DNA of 64,000 bases from Nitrospirota bacterium (GTDB taxonomy: Bacteria; Nitrospirota; JACRHL01), in NCBI GenBank assembly GCA_029858285.1, contig JAOUFN010000005.1, positions 75,294 through 139,293 of the forward strand, given 5' to 3'. The notes below the pieces were generated by a model. That model did no database searches and was not told where the DNA came from. It was given only the letters and a program-made list of their open reading frames with translations. Shown here in pieces: positions 23,986-33,900 of this stretch (position 1 is the stretch's first letter; every line of letters starts with the position of its first letter). Made by a program: the position numbers and the translations under genes.

Positions 23986-24273
23986 GATCCGGGTCTTTAC
24001 TGCCCTTGCGTGGATGGTCGGTTATGGCGGCGGGTAGGCGGGCAACAAGGCGGGCGGCAAGCCCGGCCGTAGTTTCGTCGGCCCGCCCGGATGCACCCCC
24101 CGGAAGTGGAACGTGCCGGGGCTCTGGCGCCCCGCAGGCACGAAAATATAGCACATCCGGCGCGATCGTGCGGCCCCCGGAGCGCAACCGGTCGGCGCCG
24201 CATAGCCAGGCCCGTGCCCATGTCGGACCAGTGGCCGGTAACTGCCTGGTCTGTTCTCAACCGTTGGAGCGGA

Positions 24274-24486
24274 TCAGCCCTTGGGCGGCTTGGCCACGCG
24301 GGTGGCCTCCGGTCCGCGGCGTCCGTCGCGGGCCTCGTACTCCACCAGGTCCCCCGCCTGAAGCGTCTTGTAATCCTCCTGGGAGACCACGGAAAAGTGA
24401 AAACGCACCTGGGTGCTGCCATCCTGATCAATGATCAGGCCGAGTCCGTTTTTGGTGTTGAACCACTTGATATTGCCTTGGGGCAT
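24274..24486 (-). CDS. Cold-shock domain protein with atypical RNP motifs
   Basis: GNIKWFN..NGLGLI...VRFHFS...YKTL..GDLVEY...GPEATRV. Confidence 0.8.
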   Translation of the reverse strand: MPQGNIKWFNTKNGLGLIIDQDGSTQVRFHFSVVSQEDYKTLQAGDLVEYEARDGRRGPEATRVAKPPKG

Positions 24487-24680
24487 GATCGGTCGCCGGT
24501 ATCCCGAATTGGTGTTGTGAAAAAACGTCGGTCGCCGCACCCCACGGTGGGCTAAGGTGGCGATGCAACCCGGTAAAAGTAAACCGCCCCGGCGGCGTGG
24601 TCAAATGATCGGGTATGGTGCACCGTGTACGGCACCACCGGACAGACCACCGGATGATCCGGTGCGGAATCGATCCGGGA

Positions 24681-25571
24681 TCAATTCAAATTTTTGGCGC
24701 AGCGGAACCCAGCGTCGTTAAAGGCGATGGACGGATCGATGTAGAAACGGTAGGGGGTGCGGTAGAAATGGTCCAGCGTGTAATGGCCCACGCCGCCCCA
24801 GCCGCCGCCACGGATTACCCGGTATTTTTCGCCAAAATCGTCGCTGCGGTAGTCGGAGCCGGGGTAGGGCAGGTACCAACTGCCGGTCCACTCCCACACG
24901 TTGCCCACCATGTCCAGAACGCCGTAGGGGCTGGCACCTTCGGGAAAGTGGCCCACGGGCATCACCGAGCCCAGGCGTGTGGCGCCAGTGTTTCCGCGCA
25001 TGGGGTCGAATTCGTTGCCCCAGGGGAACTCTCGGCCATCGGTGCCGCGCGCAGCCTTTTCCCACTCCGCCTCGGTGGGCAGGCGCTTGCCCAGCCAGGT
25101 GCAGTAAGCGTCGGCCTGGAACCAGTTGACGCCGGTTACCGGCCGGTCGCGCTGATCGGGGCCCTCCCCCTGCCAGGCGTTTGGCAACGGTGAGCCGGTG
25201 GCGTGCAGAAACAGGGCATAAGCAGCCACGGTGACCTCTGTGCGGTCGATCAGGAATCCGGGCAGCACCACCTTCTGTTGAGGGTGCTCATCCAGGTACC
25301 ACGGTTTCATGGAGCCGAATTCCTGGGCGCGCCCCTCGGTGTCTTCTTTGTTGGAGCCCATCAGGAATGGTCCGGCGGGGATTTTAATCATCTCCGGCGG
25401 GGCGCCGCTGGAAGCGGTGCCGTTTTGGAAAAACAGGGTGTGCCCTGATTCCACCCCAGGTTTGCAGGCGGAAGTGGAGAACAGCAGCAATGCTCCGATC
25501 AGGGAGGTCAGGGAGCGGAGCGGTGTGGGAAATCCGGCATGGAGTCCGGCGCGAAACGGGGCGCTGTACAT
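24681..25571 (-). CDS. FGE-sulfatase/SUMF1 family lipoprotein
   Basis: Lipobox-like TSAC. F.MGS, TEVT, RLPTEAEWEKAARG, DMVGNVWEW, RGGGW, GFRCA. Confidence 0.88.
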   Translation of the reverse strand: MYSAPFRAGLHAGFPTPLRSLTSLIGALLLFSTSACKPGVESGHTLFFQNGTASSGAPPEMIKIPAGPFLMGSNKEDTEGRAQEFGSMKPWYLDEHPQQKVVLPGFLIDRTEVTVAAYALFLHATGSPLPNAWQGEGPDQRDRPVTGVNWFQADAYCTWLGKRLPTEAEWEKAARGTDGREFPWGNEFDPMRGNTGATRLGSVMPVGHFPEGASPYGVLDMVGNVWEWTGSWYLPYPGSDYRSDDFGEKYRVIRGGGWGGVGHYTLDHFYRTPYRFYIDPSIAFNDAGFRCAKNLN

Positions 25572-25589
25572 GGGGTGACCTCGGGTGAC

Positions 25590-26708
25590 CTACGGTTTTT
25601 TGGGCCTGACGCTCCCGCTGGCGCCCGCGGGGGGCGCGACGGCACAGCGGAAGCCGAAAGTGTCGTTCTGGGTATTGGGGATGAAAAACCCCCGGTTGAA
25701 GGTGGGAGCGCTGATCCCGCACTTGTAGAATTCGCAATCGTACCACGAGCCCCCGCGCACGATACGGTAGACCTCGCCGTAGTTGGGGTTGCTGCGCTGG
25801 TTACCGGGGTAGGGCCTGTACCAACTGTCGGTCCACTCCCATACGTTGCCCGCCATGTCCATCGCGCCGTAGGGGCTGGCCCCTTTGGGGAAACTGCCCA
25901 CCGGGGTGGTGTGGCCGATGCCGGACTGAGGGGAGTTGCCAAGTTTGGCGTCGAAAATGTCCCCCCATGGGAACTTGAGGCCGTCGGTGCCGCGAGCTGC
26001 TTTTTCCCACTCAAATTCGGTGGGCAGGCGCTTGCCGCGCCACGCGCAGTAGTCGCGGGCGTCGTACCACGACACGTAGGTGACCGGATGGCTGCCGATG
26101 GCGTCGGGAGGGAGGCTTCCCTTCCAGTGGGAGGGGGCGGGGCGACCGGTGGCCACGGTGTAACGGTGGTAATCGTCGTTGGTCACCTCCAGCCGGTCGA
26201 GCCAGAATTCATCCACCGTCCACTCCTGCATCGGTCCCTCGTCCGGGTGTCGGCTGTCGTCACCGAGGACGAACGGGCCGCCGGGGACGTGGACCATGTC
26301 GCGAGTGACGGTGGCGAAATCCTTGGCCAACACCGGATCGGGGCGGATGCCGCCGCCCTTTGCGCGGTCCCGGGTCTGAATGTGATTGACCGGGGTCAGG
26401 CCAGCCACGGCGGTGGAGTGGCAGCGGGAACAGTCGTCGCGCAGTACCTGGGCGGTGGGTCGGTATTTGGGGGTGGTGTGGCAGTCGTTGCAGTCGGCGA
26501 TGATCTCGCCTTCGGCGTTCATCGGCAGGGGGTGATCTGCAGGAAGTGCCGGGGGCAGCGCAGATACGTCCACTGGCGTGACAGGACCGGCCACTGCGGG
26601 TGACTGCCACATGGCGAGCAAGGCCACGGCGAATCCGGCCCTGGCAAGCCGGGTCGACGAATACAACAAACCCCGGTGGCGGGGGAAGGCAAGGAGACGC
26701 ACACGCAT
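25590..26708 (-). CDS. Exported di-heme c-type cytochrome fused to an FGE/SUMF1 domain
   Basis: Signal peptide, CNDCH and CSRCH, RLPTEFEWEKAARG, GNVWEW, RGGSWYDCEFYKC, GFRCA. Confidence 0.85.
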   Translation of the reverse strand: MRVRLLAFPRHRGLLYSSTRLARAGFAVALLAMWQSPAVAGPVTPVDVSALPPALPADHPLPMNAEGEIIADCNDCHTTPKYRPTAQVLRDDCSRCHSTAVAGLTPVNHIQTRDRAKGGGIRPDPVLAKDFATVTRDMVHVPGGPFVLGDDSRHPDEGPMQEWTVDEFWLDRLEVTNDDYHRYTVATGRPAPSHWKGSLPPDAIGSHPVTYVSWYDARDYCAWRGKRLPTEFEWEKAARGTDGLKFPWGDIFDAKLGNSPQSGIGHTTPVGSFPKGASPYGAMDMAGNVWEWTDSWYRPYPGNQRSNPNYGEVYRIVRGGSWYDCEFYKCGISAPTFNRGFFIPNTQNDTFGFRCAVAPPAGASGSVRPKKP

Positions 26709-26860
26709 CGGGGGATAATATCCAAGCCGGGGGGGGCGGGGCAATTCCCTTGGGTAATTCCCCCTGGCCAAACCATCGGAATGCCGCGGGCCGCACCTAT
26801 GCTACATTGAGCGTCCGCCTGTTACCCCTTGTGGCATTGCCGAACGGATTGGTGGGAGAC

Positions 26861-29401
26861 ATGCGCAGAGTCCTCTTCCCGCTATTCAGCGCCCTTCTGT
26901 TCGGTGCTGCGGTGTTGCTTCTGCACCGGGAACTGGCGACCGTACATCTTGCGGAAGTTATGGGTCGATTGCACGGGGTGTCGCCCAATACCCTGTTTTA
27001 TGCGTGCGGTTTTACAGCGCTCAGTTACGCCACACTGACCGGGTATGACTATCTGGCGCTGCGGCATATTGGCCGGGTTCTGCCCTATCCCCGCATCGCG
27101 CTGATCTCCTTTGTTGCCAATGCGGTAGCCCATAACGTGGGGGCCTCGGTCCTTTCCGGTGGCGCGGTGCGTTTGCGCATGTACGGGGCGGCGGGGTTAT
27201 CCGCCGTCGAGGTGGGCACGGTGGTGGCCCTCTGTCTGGCGACCTTTGCCATCAGCGTCACCACATTGATTGGCGTGGTGTTTCTGATGGACCCGGCCGG
27301 GGTGGCCCTGCTGTTGCCGGTCTCCGGGGGACTGGCGCGGGGCGCGGGCGCGCTGCTGCTATGGCTGATCGGTGGCTACCTGGTGTGGGCGGGGTTGCGC
27401 CGCGCCCCGATCCGCATTGGCCCGTGGCAGCTTTCCCCCCCCGGTGCCGGGGTGACGGCGGCCCAGATCGGCATCGGTGTGGCCGACTTGAGTCTGGCCT
27501 GCGCAACCTTGTTTGTGCTGCTCCCTGCCGACGCCCACCTGTCGTTCCCCGGATTTCTTGCTATCTACGTTCTGGCAATGGCGGCGGCGGCGGTCAGCCA
27601 TGTTCCGGCAGGTCTGGGGGTGTTCGAGGCGGTTATGATCCTGGGCCTTCCCGGGGTGCCGAAGGACGCTCTGGTGGCAATGATCCTGGGATACCGGGGC
27701 GTCTATTATCTGGTGCCCCTGGGTATTGCCCTGTTGCTTGCCGTGGGGCACGAGGTAACGGTCCGGCGGCACCGGTTGCGGGGCGAACTGGGGCTGATCC
27801 AGGGGGTGTGGGAGGCGATCACGCCGCAGTTGACCGCTATTGCCGTGTTTCTGGTAGGCGCCCTGCTGCTGTTGTCCGGGTCGATCCCGGCGCTGGCGGG
27901 ACGGATGCGCAGGCTGCACGATCTGGTGCCGCTGCCCCTGCTGGAGATTTCCCACCTGACGGCGAGCCTCACCGGCCTTGCCCTGCTGATTCTGGCGCGC
28001 GGCCTTTCGCGGCGGGTGAAGGAGGCGTACCGAATCACCCTCATGCTATTGCTGGTGGGCGCGGTGGCTGCCATCGGGCGCGGACTGGACTGGGAACAGG
28101 CCATCCTGCTGTGCTTGGTGGCGGGAGCACTGTATTCGGGCCGTGAGGCCTTTTCTCGACCGGCCTCACTGCTGAATCAGGCGTTTACGCCAGGATGGGT
28201 GGCGGCGATTATTGTCACCGTGGTTGGTACCATCTGGCTGGGCCTGTTCGCCTACAAGCATGTGGACTATTCCGACATGCTGTGGTGGCAGTTTGCATTC
28301 CATGGCGAGGCGCCGCGTTTTTTGCGTTCCACCCTGGCGGTGGTCGTCCTTGGCACCGCGCTGGGACTCTGGAGACTGATGCGGCCCGCACCCCCTGCTC
28401 CCCAGCCGATTGATACCGGACAACTGGATCGTGCCGCAGCGATTATAGCCACCGCGTCGGCCAGCTATGCGGCGCTGGCGTTGTTGGGTGACAAGCGACT
28501 GCTGTTCAACGACACGGGGGACGGCTTCATCATGTACCAGGTCCAGGGGAGAAGCTGGATTGCCATGGGAGACCCCATCGCCCCGGCGCACCGGGTGGAG
28601 GAACTGGCGTGGCGTTTTCGCGAACTGTGCGACCGGCACGGCGGCAAGCCGGTGTTTTATGAGGTGGGTATCCGGCATCTGCCGGTCTATCTGGATCAGG
28701 GACTGGCGCCGCTGAAGATCGGTGAAGAAGCGCTGGTTCCGCTGGAAAATTTTTCCCTGGCCGGCAGCGATCGGGCTGAATTTCGTCAGGCCCAGCGGCG
28801 GGGTGAGCGCGCCGGCGCCCGCTTTTCTGTGGTTCCCGCGGGGGAGGTGCGCACACATTTGGCGGACATGCGCGCCGTATCCGAGGCCTGGATGGTGGCC
28901 AAATCAACCCGTGAAAAGGGCTTTTCTGTTGGACGTTTCGAGCCGGAATATCTTTGCCGTTTCCCTTGTGCGCTGGTGCATGTGGAGGGGCGACTGGTGG
29001 CCTTCACCAATCTGTGGGTGACTGGGGACCGTTCCGAACTGGCCGCGGACCTGATGCGCTACTCCCCGGATGCCCCCAAGGGCATCATGGATTATCTGTT
29101 CGCGGAACTGCTGCTTTGGGGGGCGGCGGAGGGGTATGCTCGGTTCAGCCTGGGCATGGCGCCGCTATCGGGGATGGAAAATCACCCCTTGGCACCGATG
29201 TGGCACCGTATCGGTATGACCATTTTTCTGGCCGGGGAGTATTTTTACAACTTTGAAGGGTTGCGCGCCTACAAGGAAAAATTCCATCCGGAATGGCGCC
29301 CCAAGTATCTGGTGGCCCCTCGTGGCCTGGCCCTGCCCGCCGTGCTGGTGGACCTGACCGCCCTGATTGGCGGCGGCATGAAGGGCGTGTTAATGAAGTG
29401 A
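26861..29401 (+). CDS. mprF: Bifunctional aminoacyl-phosphatidylglycerol flippase/synthetase MprF (LpiA type)
   Basis: Many TMs, SHVPAGLGVFE, GDK, MGDP, EKGFSVG, DLMRY, GMAPLSG, YNFEGLRAYKEKF. Confidence 0.93.
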   Translation: MRRVLFPLFSALLFGAAVLLLHRELATVHLAEVMGRLHGVSPNTLFYACGFTALSYATLTGYDYLALRHIGRVLPYPRIALISFVANAVAHNVGASVLSGGAVRLRMYGAAGLSAVEVGTVVALCLATFAISVTTLIGVVFLMDPAGVALLLPVSGGLARGAGALLLWLIGGYLVWAGLRRAPIRIGPWQLSPPGAGVTAAQIGIGVADLSLACATLFVLLPADAHLSFPGFLAIYVLAMAAAAVSHVPAGLGVFEAVMILGLPGVPKDALVAMILGYRGVYYLVPLGIALLLAVGHEVTVRRHRLRGELGLIQGVWEAITPQLTAIAVFLVGALLLLSGSIPALAGRMRRLHDLVPLPLLEISHLTASLTGLALLILARGLSRRVKEAYRITLMLLLVGAVAAIGRGLDWEQAILLCLVAGALYSGREAFSRPASLLNQAFTPGWVAAIIVTVVGTIWLGLFAYKHVDYSDMLWWQFAFHGEAPRFLRSTLAVVVLGTALGLWRLMRPAPPAPQPIDTGQLDRAAAIIATASASYAALALLGDKRLLFNDTGDGFIMYQVQGRSWIAMGDPIAPAHRVEELAWRFRELCDRHGGKPVFYEVGIRHLPVYLDQGLAPLKIGEEALVPLENFSLAGSDRAEFRQAQRRGERAGARFSVVPAGEVRTHLADMRAVSEAWMVAKSTREKGFSVGRFEPEYLCRFPCALVHVEGRLVAFTNLWVTGDRSELAADLMRYSPDAPKGIMDYLFAELLLWGAAEGYARFSLGMAPLSGMENHPLAPMWHRIGMTIFLAGEYFYNFEGLRAYKEKFHPEWRPKYLVAPRGLALPAVLVDLTALIGGGMKGVLMK

Positions 29402-29423
29402 GCCACCGACCGGAATTCCCTGG

Positions 29424-29478
29424 TTTTCTTTCAAAAAAATTTACCGTCCCTTGCTTCCGCCGATCCGGGTGCTAAGAT
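29424..29478 (+). promoter_or_regulatory. Putative strong sigma70 promoter (A/T-rich UP element, TTGCTT, extended TGcTAAGAT)
   Basis: A/T tract 29424-29442, -35 at 29451-29456, -10 at 29473-29478. No convincing downstream CDS on this strand. Confidence 0.55.
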
Positions 29479-29484
29479 CGAAGC

Positions 29485-29692
29485 GGGGATGGACCCGGGT
29501 TCCGATTGCGCCCTGTCATGCCGAGATGGCGCGGCAGGGATGTCGGCGTCCGTAAACGTGGAATCAAAACCGGGCTCCCATTCACCGTATCCCCCCGGGC
29601 CACCGCCCGCCGGGAGGCTCCCCGACTGCCATGGCCTTCCGGTTACATATCCCTCCTGATCAGGGTCTGGTGGCCCGGGGGGTTTCTTTTTT
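29485..29692 (+). ncRNA. Candidate ~205-nt structured non-coding RNA (family not identified)
   Basis: Starts at the predicted TSS, nested helices, 14-bp closing stem 29591-29604/29669-29682, U-tract. Lies between convergent genes. Confidence 0.5.
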
Positions 29693-29743
29693 CTCCCCGA
29701 TATTTTTGAATGTGGTTCTGCGCGCTCGCGTCGCGCCGGTGGG

Positions 29744-30937
29744 TCAGGGGCGGGGGTGGGCCTCGAAGGCTGCGCTGAAGGCCGCCGAAAACGCCGCGTC
29801 GAAGTCTGTCGCCCGTTGCGCCCATTCGTAGGCGGCCGCCCAGGCGGTGGGCCCGCCATCCGGGGCCGCGGCATCCCGCACCCGTTGCGGGTTTTGTATC
29901 AGTTCCGCGAGGCGTTCCGTCAGATCCTCGTCCCGCTCCAGCAGGCAGCGGGGGTGGGCTTCCTGCGGGATTAAATCCGGATAATTCAGGCGGTGCGCCA
30001 GCAGGGGAAGACAGCCCGCGTGCATCGCCTCCACCACGCTGACGCCAAAAAAATCGTGCCGTGCCACGGATACCACCACATCCGCCTGCCCCAGCAAACG
30101 AGCGTAGTCGGCACGGCTTTCGGCGTAGCCCCAGTGGTCAATGTGGCGGGTCAGCCGGGTTTGGGCCTCGGTAAAAATTTTCGGCGTCTGGCGGAACGCC
30201 TGCCCCAGCACGATCAGGCGGAACTCCCGCCCTGCGTCCGACAAATCGAACAGTGTCCTGAAAAATGCCTCCGGGTTCTTGTCATGTTCCCATCGGTGGT
30301 TCCACAGCACTGTGAGTGGCCCTTGGCGGTTCCGGCGCGGTTCAAAGTGCGGGGTGAGGCTGTCCAGGTCCACCCCCAGGGGCAGGACACGGGATTTTTG
30401 CCCGATCTCCTCTGCCAGGTAGTGTGGAGCGAAGTCCGGGCAGGCCTTGAGCAGCCGTTCCAGCCCTTCAAAAAAGACTCTCTGGTGGTGGGCGGAGTTG
30501 AACCACACCTGATCCGCCACCGCTGCGCCAGAGAGGTTGGCCTGGGGATAGGCGGGGTCGAGTTGGTGCCCCTCCTCCAACGGGTAGGTGAGCTGGTTTT
30601 CGTGAAAATAGAGAATCGCCGGAACGTTTGGCCATTGCCGCCGGGTGAGGGCCAAAAAATCGGGCAGGTGTAGAAAATCGGAGGCGAAGATCAGGTTCGG
30701 TGGCGTCAAACCGGCTTCGGCCTGATCCCGCACCCGCTGGGCGAGGACCAGACCGGAGCCGGTTTGACGCCACTTCCAGAACCGCCCCGGCAGGGTGATC
30801 GGGTGGATGTGGTGCGCACTGTGGGCTATAAGGCCGTCGAGAAAGCCCCGATGCGACCCCGCGTACCACGGCTCCAGGGCCAGAATGTCCAGCGCCCGTG
30901 ACGGCTTTTTAGGGGAGAGGTTGGCGGAGGAGGACAT
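29744..30937 (-). CDS. GTDC1/DUF3524 family GT-B glycosyltransferase
   Basis: LEPWYAGSH, TLPGRFWKWR, YFHENQLTYP, WNHRWEHDKNP, HDFFGVSVVEA. Confidence 0.88.
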   Translation of the reverse strand: MSSSANLSPKKPSRALDILALEPWYAGSHRGFLDGLIAHSAHHIHPITLPGRFWKWRQTGSGLVLAQRVRDQAEAGLTPPNLIFASDFLHLPDFLALTRRQWPNVPAILYFHENQLTYPLEEGHQLDPAYPQANLSGAAVADQVWFNSAHHQRVFFEGLERLLKACPDFAPHYLAEEIGQKSRVLPLGVDLDSLTPHFEPRRNRQGPLTVLWNHRWEHDKNPEAFFRTLFDLSDAGREFRLIVLGQAFRQTPKIFTEAQTRLTRHIDHWGYAESRADYARLLGQADVVVSVARHDFFGVSVVEAMHAGCLPLLAHRLNYPDLIPQEAHPRCLLERDEDLTERLAELIQNPQRVRDAAAPDGGPTAWAAAYEWAQRATDFDAAFSAAFSAAFEAHPRP

Positions 30938-30955
30938 GCGGGGGTGGGGGGCGGG

Positions 30956-33900
30956 TTACAGTTCCCGCAGCAGGTTCAGCAGTGCGGCCACCCCGCCCTG
31001 TTCCGGGGTTGCTCCAAGGTCCACCATGAAGGAACGTTCCGAAGTGAAGCGCAGGCGTTTTCCAAAGCGCTCCAGCAGCAGACGCAACCCCACTTCGGAC
31101 AGGGTGTGGTCGGGGGCGAACGTCACCTGATAGCGGCCATTCCCGGCGTGACCGATCTCGTTGGCCCGCAGGCGGCGCGCCACCGCCTTCAGGCGTTGGG
31201 CGTCGAGCAGGGGTGTGAGGGCATCCGGCAGGGAGCCGAAACGGTCTGCCAGTTCTTCCGCCAGGGCATCCACCCCGGCCTCGTCGATGCAGCCGGACAG
31301 ACGTTTATAAAGGGCCAGCCGCACTCCTCCCTCGCGCACATAGTCCTCGGGAATTTCTGCCGCTGCTCCCAACCGCACGGTGGTTTCGAACTCGGTGGTG
31401 AGGGTTTCGCCGCGCACCTGGGCCATGGCCTCGCGGATCAGGTGCATGTAGGTGTCGATGCCCACCTGGGCAATCTGCCCCGACTGGCGGTGTCCGAGCA
31501 GGGACCCGGCGCCCCGGATCTCCAGGTCGCGGGCGGCGATGCGAAAGCCGGAGCCGAGTTCGGTGAACTGCTGGATGGACATCAGGCGTTCACGGGCCTC
31601 GCCGGTCCAGCCGTCCTCCGGCCCCAGCAGGTAGGCATAGGCCTGACGCCCGGAGCGCCCTACCCGACCGCGCAACTGATAAAGCTCCGCCAGTCCGAAA
31701 TGGTCTGCGCGGTTGATGATGATGGTGTTGGCGCGGGGGATGTCCAGCCCCGATTCCACGATGGAGGTGGACACCAGAATGTTGGTTTCGCCATCCACGA
31801 AGCGGCGCATCACCTCCTCCAGATTGCGCTCGGGCATCTGGCCGTGGGCCACGCCGATGCGCGCCGTCGGGATCAGTTTGGCCAGAAACTGCGCCATGCC
31901 GCCGATATCCTTCACCCGGTTGTGGATGAAGAACACCTGCCCGTCGCGGGCCAACTCGCGCTCGATCACCTCGGCAATCAGTGTGGGATCAAATCGGCTG
32001 ATGCGGGTTTGGACTGCCAGACGGTCCGGGGGAGGGGTATCGATCACCGACAGGTCGCGCACGCCAATCAAGGACAGTTGCAGGGTGCGGGGGATGGGCG
32101 TGGCGGTGAGGGTGAGCACGTCCACGCTGGTCTTCCACTGCTTGAGGCGCTCCTTGTGGGTGACGCCAAAGCGCTGCTCTTCGTCCACGATCACCAGCCC
32201 CAGGCGGTAGAACGGGATTTCCTTGGTCAGCAGGCGGTGGGTGGCGATCACCATGTCCACGGTGCCGTTTTCCAGCCCTTTGAAGGTCTGGTTCTGCTCA
32301 CGGGTGGGGACGAAGCGCGATAGCTGGGCGATGTGGAACGGCCAGGCATCGAAGCGGCGGGAACAGGTTTGATAATGCTGGCGGGCGAGCAGGGTAGTGG
32401 GGCACAGCAGCACCACCTGACGGCCGTCGAGCATGGCCTTGAAGGCGGCACGCAGGGCCACTTCGGTCTTGCCGTAGCCGACGTCGCCGCACACCAGCCG
32501 GTCCATGGGGCGAGGACGTTCCATGTCGGCACGGATCTCCTCGATGGTGCGCATCTGGTCGGCAGTTTCGGTGTAGGGGAAGCTGGCGGAGAACTCCACC
32601 CCGGCCGCCCCTTCCGGGGCAAAAGGGTGACCCTTGGCCACCTCGCGGGCGGCAGCCAGCGCCACCAGTTCCCCGGCCAGTTCCGACAGGTCGCGGCGTA
32701 CCTTGCGCTTGGTGCGCTCCCAGGATTTTCCGCCCATCTGATCCAGCCGTGGCACCGTACCTTCGGCCCCGGCGTAGCGCTGCACCAATTCCAGGCGGTC
32801 CATGGGCACGTACACCCGGTCGCCGCCCAGATATTCGATCTCCAGGTAGTCGCCCTCGCTATCGCCCACGGTCATGCGCTTGAGGCCTCGATAGAGGCCG
32901 ATGCCGTGGGTGAGGTGTACCAGCGGGTCGCCGGGGGACAGGTCGGCAAAGCCAGTCTGGAACGCGGCCAGCCGGGAACGCCGGGGTGGTGGTGGGGGTG
33001 ATTGGCGGCCGAAGAGTTCGGACTCGGTCAAAAACGTCTCGTCGGGGGTGGCAAACCCCCGCGACAATCCGCCGTTGACAAGGTTCACCTGACCGGGGCC
33101 ACCGCCCACGGCCACCCGGTGCTCGGCGAGGATGCCGTTTAGCGCCGCAACCCGTTCCGGGTCGGGGCAGACTACCGTGACCGGCCCCGCCGTGGCCAGT
33201 TCGGCCAGACGCTGAAAGCGCGGGGCAAAGCCGCCGCGCCCCTGCGCCCCTTCCAGGGGGGGGAGTCCCAGATCTTCGGGGGTGCGCCAGGCGTAGGGCT
33301 CGGGAATTGCGTCTTTCTGATGTTCGCGGTCCGGCGCCGGGTGGGATTCCACAGCCAGTTGGGGGTGACCGGTCAGCAGGTCGTCCAGCGTCACGAACAG
33401 TTCTGCCACTTCCGGCACCACGGTGCCCCGGGCGGCCTCTCCGGCCATTGCCTCGGCGGCCTTGCGTGACAAACCACGGGCGCGGGCGCGAACGATTTCG
33501 GCATCTACCAGCGCGACGTGCAGCCCGGCGGGCAGGTAACCGGTCAGGGTTGGCATGGGCGTATCGAAGAAAAAGGGTGCCCAGGTTTCAATGCCGTCGG
33601 CGCGGGGGGTGCGGGCGATGCGTCCGGTTTCCAAGGTTACTGACGGGGCATCAAGCTGGCGCTGCATGGCGATGTCGTAAACCCGCTGGCGGGCGATGGC
33701 CACCAGCGCCGCGTCGAGGGGCAATTCGGTCACTGGTGGAATACACACCCGCAGGGGAGATTGCTCGCCGGGGCCGAGGGAACGCTGGGTGGCGGGGTCG
33801 AATCGCTTGAGGCTGTCCACCTCGTCGCCGAACAGTTCGATGCGGTACGGATGTTCGGAGCGGGGGTCGGCCTGGGGGGGGAAAACATCCAGAATGTCGG

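Noticed and set aside
29485..29590. Resemblance to tRNA-Sec (TCAAAACCGG) or the tmRNA 5' end (GGGGATG)
   Set aside because: No T-arm TTCGA motif, no D-arm, no CCA-type acceptor end.
29489..29659. 56-codon ORF MDPGSDCALSC... inside the candidate ncRNA
   Set aside because: No properly spaced SD and no recognisable protein features. The base-pairing pattern explains the sequence better.
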